Source: Podarcis filfolensis
Taxonomy: Eukaryota
DNA length: 64,000 nucleotides
Assembly (NCBI GenBank): GCA_964270895.1
Contig: OZ185445.1
Reading direction: 5' to 3' (one strand)
The notes beneath the pieces are model-generated. The model saw only the letters and a program-made list of their open reading frames with translations, made no database searches and was not told where the DNA came from. Positions 1-12,127 of the stretch are shown here, piece after piece (position 1 is the first letter of the stretch; every line of letters begins with the position of its first letter). Made by a program: the position numbers and the translations under genes.

Positions 1-539
1 CCTCTTTTGGAGGGGCAATACATAAGTGGCCATTCTGCTCAATAAACAGTTAATAACACATACATTGTCTAGGTTCAGCCCCTGCTATGAACTCTAATGG
101 TAACACTCTTTTGACTGATAAGAATCAAATTCTAGGGGGCAGAACCCTTTAAGAACATCCTGAATCATGACTCATTTGCCAGCTAAAAGGCTATACAGGA
201 ATTACCTCAGTGTGATACAATCAGCTTCTGGCCCAGGAATCTTATATGGCTGAAACCGAAGAGGCCATTAAATCGTTATCTTACAGAAAGGCAGCTGGTA
301 CTGATGCTGCGATGCCGCCTTAGATTGACTCGAAACTATCCCCCAATATCTTTTTTAACCTCATGCTGATTTCACCACATCCCTCAACGAATGTGGCATC
401 ATGAAAAGATACCTGGAGCGCATAAAGATACCTATGTCATTCGGTGGCAGGAAAGGAAATTGTTTCCTCTGAAATAGCCACAGAGAGATTTCCAGCTGCA
501 GATGGAAAGAATCATCCTCCTAAACAACTTGGGCCCGCA

Positions 540-765
540 GTACCTAAAAGACTGACTGATTCTTCATGTTCCACCTCATTCTTTGAGATCTTCTATTGGG
601 GAGCATTTAGTGTAGCAGAACCTGCCCTGTGGAAATATTTGGTGGTAGAAGTCTATCAGGAGTCATTCCTGCCTTCTTTTAGATGCTGTTTGAAATTTGT
701 GCTGTTCAGACTTTGCAATGTTGCTTTTTTTAACCATCTCGTATTTATTGCTGTTATTATTTAGA
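540..765 (+). mobile_element. Old L2 LINE 3' end (ORF2 C-terminus remnant)
   Basis: ORF 444..764 contains AFSVAEPALWKYLVVEVYQESFLPSFRCCLKFVLF, matching the L2 ORF2 C-terminal pattern RAFSVxAPxLWNxLPxEVRxxxSLxxFRxxLKTxLF. Boundaries approximate. Confidence 0.6.
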
Positions 766-768
766 TTA

Positions 769-1010
769 CAGTGGTACCTTGGTTCTCAAACATAATCCGT
801 TCCAAAAGTCCATTTGACTCCCAAAACAGTTCGAAAACCAAGGCGCGGCTTCCGATTGGCTGAAGGAGCTTCCTGCACTCAAGCGGAAGCCGCGTTAGAC
901 GTTTGGCTTCCAAAAAACGTTTGAAATCCGGAACACTTACTTCTGGGTTTTCGCTGTTCGGGAGCTGATTTGTTTGTCAACTAAGCCATTTGAGAACCAA
1001 GGTACCACTG
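769..1010. mobile_element. Tc1/mariner (Tigger-like) MITE, family A
   Basis: 22-bp TIRs CAGTGGTACCTTGGTTCTCAAA / TTTGAGAACCAAGGTACCACTG. TA on the left (767-768), TG on the right (decayed TA TSD). Confidence 0.88.
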
Positions 1011-1113
1011 TGCTGTTGTATTATATTTTTATATTGTATGCCAACTTGTTATCTCTCTCTCTCTCCCTCTCTTTGTAAATAGTGTGTGTGTGTGTGTGTG
1101 TATGAATAAATAA

Positions 1114-1200
1114 AGTGTCTGACTAGGACCAGGGAGGCCCAACTTAAAATCTCCACTCAGCCATGAAGCTCGCTGGGTGACCATGGCCCATTCACTCTCC
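1114..1200 (+). mobile_element. MIR/Ther1-derived SINE fragment (Squam3-like)
   Basis: gactaggaccagggagg...ccactcagccatgaagctcgctgggtgacc; same core as 5807-6010. Confidence 0.65.
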
Positions 1201-1261
1201 CCACCTTTCTTAAATTACAATAAAGCAGAATAAAATATCAAGTCTATGAATGCTAGCCAGT

Positions 1262-1456
1262 CATGATGGCTATATGAGCCCTCCAAGGTCAGAGGTCACT
1301 GAATATCTGTTGCTGTGGAACAACAATGAGAGAGGTCTAATGCCTCCATGCCCAGCTTGTAGGCTTCTCAGAGGCATTTGATGGGCCACTGTGGGAAGCA
1401 GGATGTTGTACTAGCTGGATCTTTAGTCTGATCTGCCACTGGCTCTCTTATTTATG
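1262..1456 (+). mobile_element. CR1-type LINE 3' end fragment
   Basis: Ends in ggccactgtgggaagcaggatgttgtactagctggatc...ggctctcttat. Its reverse complement recurs at 14802-14990 and 52397-52575. Confidence 0.6.
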
Positions 1457-1818
1457 AAGGAGCTATAAAAAAAGGAAAAAAAGAATAACCAGCTGCTAGC
1501 ACAAAAGCTTGCCTAAATAGATGTGCTGACTATTCCTCTAAAAGAAGCCAGAGGACAAGCCAAGTGGCCTTCTTGAGCCAGACATTTTACAGCAAAGTAA
1601 TGACCACCAAAACAGTTATTCTTGTATTTAATCTTTAAAGTACTTTGAACAAGGCTTTACTGAAGGATGTTAATGTGTGTACCATATACCTATGGTAACA
1701 CATACTCTCTGTTTTTGGGGGGCTTGCAGGGACATGGACTGTATCAGGCGAAACACAGTTACCAAGAACAAAACACTTGGGTATTTGTTGATTTTATAGA
1801 GGCATGTATGGTGTGTAT

Positions 1819-2168
1819 GGGACACGGGTGGCGCTGTGGGTTAAACCACAGAGCCTAGGACTTGCCGATCAGAAGGTCAGCAGTTCAAATCCCTGCGACG
1901 GGGTGAGCTCCCATTGCTCGGTCCCTGCTCCTGCCAACCTAGCAGTTCGAAAGCACGAAGTGCAAGTAGATAGGTACCACTCCGGCAGGAAGGTAAACGG
2001 CGTTTCCGTGCGCTGCTGTGGTTCGCCAGAAGCGGCTTAGTCATGCTGGCCACATGACCCAGAAGCTGTTCGCTGGCTCCCTCGGCCAATAAAGCGAGAT
2101 GAGCGCCGCAACCCCAGAGTCAGGCACAACTGGACCTAATGGTCAGGGGTCCCTTTACCCTTTACCTT
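1819..2168 (+). mobile_element. Sauria SINE (Squam1 type), full length
   Basis: tRNA-like head gggacacgggtggcgctgtgggttaaaccacagagcc with B-box-like ggttcaaatcc and tail ggtcaggggtccctttaccctttaccttt. TSD tatggtgtgt(gt)at at 1807-1818 and 2169-2182. Six more copies in the window. Confidence 0.93.
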
Positions 2169-2330
2169 TATGGTGTGTGTATGATAGATCCATTCTTTGG
2201 CCCTACCTATGGTTCAAGAAGATCCTGGTTACAGGACAGTCAACTTCAGAACTTTTAGTGGGCAAGTAGGCCAGCCACATTCTTGGAAAAATAAGCTATT
2301 GAAGCACTATAGAAAAACAACTGTGTAAGA

Positions 2331-2593
2331 CAGGAATGGGGGAACCTCAGCCTTGAAGGCCAAATTCCAGGGCTTTCTATCAGACCCCCCAGGCCATGGT
2401 CTATCCTCAAGTCACATACCTACAGGCTGTGCTCTGCATCCTATGTGAGTACTTTCCCCTGTTGGAATGGACTCTTGAACTGTGAGACTGATAAGAGTCA
2501 CATCTATTATTCTGACCACTTTTGCATGTGGCCCCCGGAAGGTCCCCCATGAAGAAATGCAGCCCCTGGGCTGAAAAAGCTTCCCCACCCCTG
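2331..2593. mobile_element. Non-autonomous hAT (Charlie-like) element
   Basis: TIRs caggaatgggggaacct / agcttccccacccctg. Degraded 8-bp TSD gtgtaaga / gcataaaa, with gtg and gca consistent with CpG decay of gcg. Confidence 0.7.
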
Positions 2594-3609
2594 GCATAAA
2601 ACAGGATTTCTCCTGCAGGAGAGTCAGTAGGACAGCAAGCAGCAAACAGAATCAGAGGCTGCTTGTTTATCTGCGTTGCATAACAGAAATTAAATGCAAA
2701 CCACAGGGAAGGTAGTTCTTTCCTGCTTAAGGAAAAATATATATATTATCAGAGACAGGCTTCTATATGGTTATCCATGACCACATAACCTGTAGGCTGA
2801 ATAACTTTGCTCCTTTTGAGCAAGCCACAAATGCAAATAATCTGTAGGCAGAACGGTGGTAACGACAACATCCCGATAACTGTGAGGCCTCCAGCCCTTT
2901 CACAGACATGCCACATTCTAATAACATCCTTCCTGGTATTTTAAAAGTTTTTCATCACAAGGCAATTTCCTTTGAACGTAATCATTGTTTTAATTAAGTT
3001 CTGCATATGTAGTGCATTGTTATAAGCTCTCATAAAACACTGTGTACAATTATGTTTAGAGTGTACAACTAAATCAGAATTGCCATTAATGAAATCGCTT
3101 ATCAGAAGACAAAAAAAGAAAAGAAAAAAAAGCCTTAGCTAGAGCTTAGGCAATGCCTCTTAAAAATGCATTCTGCATGAAAGGAAATAATTTGGCCATC
3201 TGAAGGGCATGGGAGAATCTAGGAAGGATAAACTGGTTGTGGGGAGGAAGTAGAGAGGATGGAGGGTGGTAGCAAAATTCTGAGGGGGCCCAGGATAAAG
3301 GGTCCTTGCTTTGTTTCCTAGATTTAAAAGAAGGTATGATAGTCACTCCCAATTTCTCTAATGTTCTAATAAGTTAAAGTAATGGCAGGTTTCAGCAATT
3401 CTAGGGGAAATAATATTTTTACAGGCAAAGTTCCATTAGGCATTGTTTGACATTTATTGCATATATAGCACATTGCAGAAAATGCATTAGCAACTGATGG
3501 GTTGTTAGGAAGGAGATTCGCCAGGTTGTGTTTTTACTCCACTTCAGGTGATTAGCACAGAATGACTAGTGGTCTAATTTTTATAGAAATGTTAATATGT
3601 ACGACACCT

Positions 3610-3795
3610 GGAACATACGAAGCAGCCTCACAGTAGGACAGACCACTAGTCTGTCTGCCTCAGTGTTGTCTACACTGATTTGCAGTGGCTCTCTAGGGTT
3701 TCAGAGCAGGAGATTTTCCCAATCTGACCTGGAGGTGCCAGGATTGACCTTGGGACCTTCTGCATATGAAACACACGCTCTTCCACTGAGCTTAT
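3610..3795 (-). mobile_element. tRNA-headed SINE (Ala/Cys-like head) with ...gcagcttcctatgttcc tail
   Basis: Reverse complement has agctcagtggaagagcgtgtgtttcatatgcagaaggtcccaaggtcaatcctggcacctccagg. Homologous to 16206 (+), 39035-39520 (-) and 50091-50270 (-). Confidence 0.72.
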
Positions 3796-4115
3796 CTTTG
3801 CACAAATGTTTTTGACAGAGGACTAAAATAAAAATGTATTAAAAAATATTTTTCATTAGACTATCAACAAAATATATTCCAATAATGTATTAGGTGGCTG
3901 GGGCAACCCAGTCAGATGGGTGGTATATAAAGTTGTTGTTGTTACTATTTTCTTTGCATGAGCCCTCTTCCTCCAGTTTTAATAGTGGAGTGAGGTTGTC
4001 CCATTGTAAGGGATAATAAATTATTTGATTTGTTCACATACTTTCTTACAGAACTAGTAGTCAAGAAAATGGAAGGGCAAAGATGGAAACACTGAATTTC
4101 CAAATGCTTGTGCAT

Positions 4116-4262
4116 GCCCTTGGTAGCTCAGTTGGTAAAACACGAGACTCTTAATTTCAAGGTCATGGGTTCAAGCATGTTCGGCAAAAGATTCCTGAAT
4201 TGCAGGGTGTTGGACTAGATTACCCTCGTGGTCCCTTCCATTTCTACAGTTCTATGATTCTA
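4116..4262 (+). mobile_element. tRNA-Lys-derived SINE with CR1 tail (Squam2/POMSINE-like)
   Basis: Head gcccttggtagctcagttggtaaaacacgagactcttaatttcaaggtcatgggttcaag resembles tRNA-Lys(CTT). Tail ggactagattaccctcgtggtcccttcc...ttctatgattct is a CR1 3' end. Confidence 0.8.
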
Positions 4263-5806
4263 CTCTCTGCCTCAAAGGTGCACAATCCAAAGCAAGGACT
4301 CTGTTTTACTCATGTGGTTTTGCATATGAGACTTCGGACTGCTCACCTTGGTCAGAGTGAGCTGACCAAGCTTTCTGGTCTAAATAAAATTTAAAAATAT
4401 TCTGTAACATTTCATAATCCAGCTAGGTATCTCAATGATTTTGCCTTTGGGACGGAACATTAGAAAGTGGGTGCAGGTTTTACTGAGCAATTAGGGAAAA
4501 TACCAACTCTGTGTTTTTTTCTTACTATTCTGCCTGTAAAAGTAAATAGGAAATAGTAAAAAAAAAATATCAATCCATAAATTTTAAAATGAAAGCAGAT
4601 TACATTGCTTTCCACAGTTCCCTACCCCTATTGGCTATAGGCCCCAGACAACTCCTCTTAGGAATCAAACCCCTGTGAACACACACCTTGGGAGTAAACT
4701 TACATGAACACAAGTGGAATTTAGGCATCTAAATAATCAAGCCAGACTGGTTAAAGCATTGGAGTTGTCTCTATCTCCCCTCCCCCATCTCAAAAAAACC
4801 TTCTACGGAATAAGGATGCATCACTTGGGTCAAAGGAATAGAAATGGGATGCCTGTGGTATTCACACTTTTACAGCCATTTCATACCACTTTATATTCAC
4901 AACAGCAATGTGATTAGGCTGAGAGTTGGTGACTGGCCCAAGGCAGGAAATGAGTTCATTCAAAATGTGAAACTGCACATGCTCAGAGTATATTTTGTAG
5001 TCCACAAAAGCTTATGTCATAATAATTGTGTTCATCTTTAAGATACCACAATATTTCGGTCACATTGATGCATTCCTTGTTGGGAGAAAAAGGGTGTTTT
5101 GGGAAGTGCACAAGAGCCCCCCCTCACTGTAACCCCACCTTCTCCCCCCCTTCAAATATGGAAAATGTGACGCTGTGTATAGATGTTTTATCTATGAAGG
5201 CCTGAGCCACTTACTCTAGGAATTTAAGAGCATGAGAGGTTGAGAGCTAAAGGTTTTGAAAAATATTCCTGCAAAGTGATTTACTGTGCTATGTGGCGTA
5301 CCTGCAAAAGGAGTTAAAACACCCTGGGAAGTTGCTAGGGAACAGAAGTTGCTGCATCATTGACCATCCAATGAGAGATCTTTCTGATGATGTAATGCTT
5401 CTGTTTGGTCTGTGCTGATATCATTTTAGGAGAAGCCAGGATGCAGTATTGTTCTGAAAACACAGGAACAATCCAACTTGAATTAACTATTTTTTTAAAA
5501 AATTGAGGCTGCTTTGGTTCTGCTCATTGCACTGCTACTATTCCAAGGTAGGGAACAGAACCTTGCCTAGCACCTCAGTGTCCACAGAAATGCATAGATG
5601 TGACACAGTTCACCTAAGATTAAAAGCTGAGCTATATTTTAAGCTCACCCTGGGAGATGCTGAAAATAGCAAGTCTAGAGATGAACTGCTCTCCTTCATG
5701 CCATAACAAGTTGGAACATTCACGGTACTGTGAATACTTCCTGCGTAGTAAGTTTCCTTGCCCCTGCCAGTATTGGCCACATGGCAAATGGGAATGAATA
5801 AATTAT

Positions 5807-6010
5807 CAGTGTCGTATAGCGGTTAGAGGGTTGGGCTAAGACCTGGGAGGCCAGGGTTTAATTCTCACTCAGCCATGAAGCTCCTTGGGTACCCTTGGGC
5901 CAGTCAACCTCACAGGGTTGTTGTGAGGATAAAATGGGGGGGGGGAGAAGGGTGTACACAACCTTGAGTTCCTTGGAGGAAAGATTGGAGACCAGTGAAA
6001 ATAAATAAAT
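5807..6010 (+). mobile_element. MIR/Ther1-derived SINE (Squam3-like)
   Basis: cagtgtcgtatagcggttagag...ctcagccatgaagctc...acctcacagggttgttgtgaggataaaat...ccttgagttccttggaggaaag, followed by an (A/T) tail. Confidence 0.75.
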
Positions 6011-6210
6011 AGAGTGCTGTGTATTCCTAGATATCATGGCCAAGAGGGGGAATCATCATAATCTACTCCAAAATTCTGTATGCATTCCATTTCACATATA
6101 AGTGACCCCATCTCCATGTGCAAACTACAGGCAGGCTCCCAGGATTTATTAGACAACCTGTTGTGGTCAGAGGAACTCTGTAAGCACACCTGGGCTTCCA
6201 TGCTTTGAAC

Positions 6211-6346
6211 CAATGTTTCTCAAAATTGGCTCCCCAGCTGTTGTTGGACCACAACACCCATCATCCCTAGCTAGCAGGACCAGTAATCAAGGATGATGGG
6301 AGTTGCAGTAGTCCAACAGCTGGGGACCCAAGTTTGAACAGATCTC
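6211..6346. mobile_element. Short palindromic hAT-derived MITE (cccatcatccc / gggatgatggg family)
   Basis: Inverted arms ggctccccagctgttgttggac / gtccaacagctggggaccc. Relatives at 39132, 42222 and 56704. Confidence 0.65.
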
Positions 6347-6483
6347 TAGATGGGCTGTGTAGCTTCAGTGTGACCCAAGCAGCATGGAAGGGCTTCTCCA
6401 CACTAGAGCAAAATGGGGGTTTGCACCAGCTTGTCTCCCCATTAATGAGGTGACATCATCCCCATCCCACTGTTGCCCTAAGC

Positions 6484-6733
6484 CAGGGGTCAGCAACCTT
6501 TTTCAGCTGTGGGCAGGTCCACCATCCCTCAGACCATGTAGGGGGCCGGACTATATTTTTTGGAGGGAAATGAACAAATTCCTATGCCCTACAAAAAACC
6601 CAGAGATACATTTTAAACAAAAGGACACATTCTACTCATGTAAAAACACGCTGATTACTGGACCATCCGTGGGCCAGATTGAGAAGGCGATTGGGCCGCA
6701 TCCGGCCCACGGGCCTTAGGTTGCCTACCCCTG
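6484..6733 (+). mobile_element. Non-autonomous hAT-Charlie element
   Basis: TIRs caggggtcagcaacc / ggttgcctacccctg. 8-bp TSD ccctaagc / ccctaaac with central TA. A second copy lies inverted at 54658-54905. Strand is arbitrary. Confidence 0.9.
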
Positions 6734-7019
6734 CCCTAAACCTTCCTTGCCCAAAATGTATATTGTTTTGTTATATTGTAACATGATTTTTTTTTTAAAA
6801 GTCTGTGCCCATTGTTTACTGTTGTTATTACTTACAATATATAAAAGGCCATCAAAGTTTTATAATGAATATGAGTGTAGATATAAAATCTGTTCTTTGT
6901 TAGACTCAATGCCAAACATTTCTACCTAAAGATAGCATCTTAAGTACTCACCACAGAATCTCTTTGGTTTTTGCTAGAATGCAATTCTTCAGGTTGTTCT
7001 TGAAAAGCACAAGAAATCA

Positions 7020-7853
7020 TGTAACATCACAGCTGTTAGATTACTGGTAGTGACTGATGTAATTACATGACACGTCAATTACTGTGCATTTGGCATTGCT
7101 GTTTGGATAATTTCAGCATTCAGAGTGAAGCTAAACAGGAAGCTAAGAAAAGCAATGCTAGTAATCTGTGGCTATCTATGTGCAATCTGTAGTTGCCTAC
7201 ATTGACCATTGCTGCTACTTTACCATTGAGGAAGGCCAAAGAATTGACCCAGGTCTTACGAAGTAATAAATAATGGTGTGATGGAAGAAGATTGACGCTT
7301 GATGGCCTTTTCTCTTTGGTGCAAATGATAGCAATATTATTGCACATCAGTTATAGTACTGTGGAAACCTTGGCAATAGGACAACCAAATTGTGTCACTG
7401 TGGCTTTATTACTTAAGCCTGTGGGATGTAATCCACTGGGAGCATTCCTTGTTTTGCTAGAGTGGACAGCAAGGGAATGTTTGGTCCAGCCAGTCAAAAC
7501 TTCCTGGCTGGAACATCCTTCCTTGCATGTGACTAGTGGGTGGGCATGACCTTTCCAGACCTGGTAAAAGGCCAAGGCATGTTGGCACTCTCTCTTTTTC
7601 CATTTTCTTTTTGTCCTGCGAACTTCCTGGAATGAACTGCTGGCTGCCAGCCAAGCAGTCCCCCAGGTCATCTCCCTTATGGGATAAACCTGTTAGTATA
7701 AGTTTGTAACTTTAAGCCTAACGCCTGCCTTCAGGGATCACACATTGCTCGGCCTGATTGTGAATAAACTTTCTTTTTTTGCTTATGAATAAGACTGTGG
7801 TGTCTTTATTCTTTTAGGAGGGATTCAAAGGGGGATCTTACTAAGAACATACA
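7020..7853 (+). mobile_element. Probable solo LTR
   Basis: Starts TGTA and ends TACA. 5-bp flanks aatca / attca (4/5 match). TATA-like motif near 7697 and AATAAA near 7765. The start could alternatively be 7034. Confidence 0.55.
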
Positions 7854-8689
7854 ATTCAATCTGAGGGAGATTGAATTGCATAATAGTAAGAGGTTCTAAC
7901 AAACCTGCAACCAGATTTCTGCTGTGCGTGAGAAGGGGAATGTAAACTCTGCTAAGTAAAGGAACTTGCTAGCGCAAGTTAGGAAGGATATTAATAAACA
8001 ATATATCCTCTCCTGCCACCCTGAACATTCCTACAAAGTCTACTTCAGGGGCCAGTAAGACCAATGCAAAAAAGAGGCATTTTTTACGTGCAACAATGCA
8101 AAAACAAAACAGAGAAGAGCTGTGGTAGAACATATGCTTAGTGTGCAGAAGGTTCCAGGTTCAATTCCTGACACCTCCAGGTAAAGATGTAGGAATGAAG
8201 GGACCCATTGATGTCTGGTTCATCCCAGATGATGATGGGAATAAATCCATCCTATCATGTGTGTGTGTTTTTTTTGTTTTTAAGAATGATGGACCATAAT
8301 CAATTCCCGTTGCTCCCAGGGGCACTTCTGTTCAGATGGCAATATGTCCCATGTACCAACTTCTTCAGGTAGTGTGTGGCTGAATTGCCTGTTTTTAAAC
8401 GACCTATTCCCAACCATGATCTGTCAATCCGGGGATTGCACTATGAAATCTGAGTTTCCTCCCTGATCCTTCACCTCTAGCGAGTCTGTATGGAGCTTGA
8501 TGGGAGCCAATGCTCTGACTTGGTGTAGCTTCCTATGTTACAAAATACCTCACTTCCACCCAAACACATCAGCCTTGGTGAGGCTCAAGGATTCCCACTG
8601 CTGTGCTGACCAGGAATGGTGTATTTAATCTTTTCAGCTACCCCATCTATTGCTGACATTCCTAAGGTTCAACGATTCCTCCTCTGCTT

Positions 8690-8830
8690 CAACGCCATAC
8701 ATTTAAAGCACTGTTATGCCTCTTTAGCAGTCATTGAGAATCCTGGAAACTGTAGTTTGTTGCTGACCGGCATCCTGAACAAACTACAGTTTCCAAGATT
8801 CTCCATGATTGCTAATGATTTCAATATACA
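8690..8830. mobile_element. Palindromic MITE (catacatttaaagcac / gaaactgtagtt family, possibly PIF/Harbinger-derived)
   Basis: 26-bp arms gagaatcctggaaactgtagtttgtt / aacaaactacagtttccaagattctc at 8736-8803 (25/26 match). Relatives at 14629-14784 and about 44915-45025. Confidence 0.65.
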
Positions 8831-8855
8831 GCATTGATGTAACCTAAGTCTTTAT

Positions 8856-9001
8856 CAGTGGTGTAGCATGGGTTGTCAGAACCCGGGGCAAGGCAAGTAA
8901 TTTGCACCCCTAACCCGTGGATTTGCGCCCCCTAACCCTAACCCCCAGATGTTGCGCCCGGTGCGGCCGGCCCCCCCTGCACCCCCCACGCTACGCCACT
9001 G
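8856..9001. mobile_element. hAT-type MITE with CCCTAA motifs
   Basis: TIRs cagtggtgtagcatggg / cccacgctacgccactg. Perfect 8-bp TSD gtctttat. Second copy at 12128. Confidence 0.92.
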
Positions 9002-9599
9002 GTCTTTATGGAGGCACAGTTCAGCCCATGAGGGCAGGCAGAAGCACGTTTACCTTTGAAGTGGGCAGAAGTTGAGCAGCATAGGGAGGTAATGCTCCTT
9101 GACTTTCCTTCCTACAGGCTCTCTGTCAACAGGATGCTGTTTGGTGAATAAGATGTTCCTCCTTGTTCCTTTCTGCTGAGGCAGAGAGGCATCAATATGA
9201 GCTGGTTAGCAGACAGGCAATTGCTTACAATTTGTGCTGGCTCTCTGTCAAGTCTGATGCTGGACCCCCCCCCCCCTTCAAGCAAATACTATTATTGGAA
9301 GGGATGCCTCCGATTGCTCAACCCCTGCCCATTTTAGTGACATCCATTTAGAGAGTAGGCATTATTCAAAATGTCCTAAATCTAAAGCTCTGTAATCCTT
9401 TTCGGCTGGGGTGTTGGTGGGGGTGGGAGGAGAAGCTAATTTCTACAAAGTCCAATTCATGTACACAACCACCACATCAAAACATATAAAAACAAGGAAA
9501 CCCCATGCACCAGTTTTGAACCCTTTCATGTTACGACATCTAGTTCATTTATACAAATGTTGTATCTTTGCAACAGCCGGGAAGTCTGCAGTTTATTCG

Positions 9600-10130
9600 T
9601 AAGTATACGAAAGTTGTTTAAAAGCAGCTTAAAACATGAATGTGTGTGCCATTTGTAATAAATTAGACCCGTTGCTTTTAATTAAAGAGGCCGACCGATA
9701 ATTTCAGCCATGTTTATGCAATTCTTCCCCCCTCCACCCATGACACTTTTAAATCTCTTTCCCTTTGTTTTCCTTTGACTGAATAGCTGAAGAAACAGTC
9801 TTTAATTAACTAACTGAAATGAGCCTCCTAACACTGAGAACTAGATTAAGAAAATCCTTTTAATTACTGGAACCAGATTTAAGTTTGATGGCGAAGGGTG
9901 GTTAAATACCCTCTTTTAAATTGGGCCTTAATTAAAAGCAGTGAGGTGCTGTGAAGGCCCTTTATTTACATGAGCAACCAGTTTGAGCCGAAACTTTGGC
10001 TTTGGTGGAACCTGTGGGAGATCCATTTTCAAATCTTTCTTTCATTTAAGAATTAAATAAAAGAAGTTAGTTAAAATAGGAAGGGATTGACCAAACATCG
10101 GGTTGCCATGTAAATTCCATGAGTTCCTCT
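9600..10130. promoter_or_regulatory. Candidate conserved non-coding element or enhancer (homeodomain-site cluster)
   Basis: No recognisable repeat. Four TAATTA palindromes at 9679, 9803, 9861 and 9929, plus TTTATT motifs. Function is inferred only. Confidence 0.4.
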
Positions 10131-10464
10131 GCCCCGCAAGCAAATGAATATCTTGGAATTACCACTTGCCTTGTGGTTGTTAAAATAACCCAAGAACATG
10201 TTTATGATTGAGTTCATAATCCAACAATATGCTTTCTCCTGACAAGTAATAAGAAGCTGGAAATTTAGCATCTGCATTATGGAAAATTTCAGATTTTGCA
10301 TTTTTGTACATTAACTGCATGATTCTAGATATGTCTGCTCAGAAGTAAGCCCTACTGAGTTCAGTAGAGCATACTCCCAGTTAAATATTGGATTGTAGCC
10401 TTAAAATGTTTTTATTGCAAACTTGGTGTGAGATAAAGGTCAGGCCTAGCCCAATACGTTTTGC

Positions 10465-10684
10465 TACAGGGAACCAGGCAGAGGGCCTTCTCGGTAGTGG
10501 CGCCTGCCCTGTGGAGCGCCCTTCCAGCAGATGTCAAAGCGATAAACAACTACCTGACATTCAGAAGACATCTTAAGGCAGCCCTGTTCAGGGAAGTTTT
10601 CAACGTGTGATATTTTACTGTATTTTTGGTTTCTATGGAAGCCGCCCAGAGTGGCTGGGGAGGCCCAGCCAGATGGGCGGGGTA

Positions 10685-10734
<50 letters not shown>

Positions 10735-10740
10735 AATAAT
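10465..10740 (+). mobile_element. L2 LINE 3' end with (AAAT)n tail
   Basis: Translates as LQGTRQRAFSVVAPALWSALPADVKAINNYLTFRRHLKAALFREVFNV*. 3' UTR ggaagccgcccagagtggctgggg...gatgggcggggtataaa, then (AAAT)n. Confidence 0.88.
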
Positions 10741-11432
10741 TGTCACCTGAAGTGAACCACAAAATGGCATCCCTGTCCCTGCCACAAAAGAAGGGGTGAG
10801 GGACAATCTTCTTCAGGAACAAGGAGGGAAAGGAAGATTAACTTTGGGATCTGCTGCCCCCATGGATCCTGCCACATGAGATAGAGATAGTCACCTCATC
10901 TTGGCTCATGGGTGGGCAGGCCCTGAAAGAGGTTCAAAAACAGCAAATGAAAATTGTGTGGCCAAAATCATTCTGCCTCATCTTCAACCATTTCTTTCCT
11001 GGGTGCCAGGAAGTTTCCAGTGACTTTCAATCTGTCACCTTTGTTGACTACTATATCCCTTTCCTTCTTTGTCCAAACATGCCTCAGTGCTGCATCCCGT
11101 GATGTTTTGCAGTTGGCACAGTCTAATCTTATTAGTCGGCAAACAGCTGCCTGATTACAAAGTGGAGACTGCAACCTACTTGAAGGCTGGCCTTCTGTAG
11201 CAGGAGCATCCTTCTTTCAAGGTGTGCATAGTACATACAGATGTGTAAAATTCAAGTGTTGAGTGTGCTATGGAAGTGCACTCATAATGTTTCGTTCTAG
11301 GGTGGTTGGCTATGCTTTGTCAAAAATGCAATACACTCCATCTGAAGCTTTCCTTGTGCTTGATCCAGAAACTGCAACTGTGCTAGGTACACATTAGTGA
11401 CTTGAAACACACCAATGCCATTCTCCCCTGCT

Positions 11433-11725
11433 CAGGGCCGGCCTGAGACATTTTTCCACTGTAGGCAAAAAGCCTACCCCCACCCGGCAGATCTGGGTCC
11501 CCACTCTGTGCCTGTCGAGCCCGTGCTGCTGCCAGCCCCATCACTGCAACTGTACCCTCATTTGTGACTGCAGCCGTGCTGCTGCTGAAACACAGCAGCA
11601 GCTGTGAGGGTGCGGTGTCAACAGTGAGAGCAATAGGACTGTGTTGGTGAAAGCGTGCTGTGCAATGGCAGGATTGAGGAGGGGCTCAGATCTGCTACCT
11701 GATGCAAATAGCTTCACCTGCCCCC
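11433..11725. mobile_element. Degraded hAT-like element (CAGGGCCGGCC terminus)
   Basis: Left end cagggccggcc matches the termini at 24594 and 47764/48111. Right end degraded, boundary uncertain. Confidence 0.4.
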
Positions 11726-12127
11726 CTGCAGCGTTTCAAGTCACATTTGCGCATACACTGTCACCTGCACATGTGCAACGGCTTCCTGAAGTGTACACAC
11801 CTCAGTTTCCCAATTGGATGGAAACTGGTTCAAGGGAAAGTGCACCAAACAGGAGTATTTCTCAAGAAATACTACAGTATGCCTATGGGTTGTGGCAAAT
11901 GTTGCGTGCACTTGGCTTCAGACATCAGTGCTAGAGCTGGAGCAAGTCGGATTGTGTACGCAGTCTTAGTGCAGCACAATTGCTGAAAGGAGTAAGAATC
12001 TCAGCATATTATGCCTGTGCTCCAAGATCTTCACTAGCTCTCAATTCATTGCCAGACCAAATCCAAGGCAGTCGAGATTCAGAGGTCGAAGTGGAGGCTG
12101 GAGAGGAGTAGGGAGAGGCTGCTGAAG

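Noticed and set aside
240-325. YMAETEEAIKSLSYRKAAGTD, resembling the LINE motif EVxxAIxxLKxxKAxGxD
   Set aside because: Too short and interrupted by stops to annotate. At most a very old LINE remnant.
4116-4190. tRNA-Lys-like sequence, and other tRNA-like heads at 8115, 16206 and 33928
   Set aside because: Acceptor and T-arm pairing is broken and each continues into a LINE-derived tail, so these are SINE heads rather than tRNA genes.
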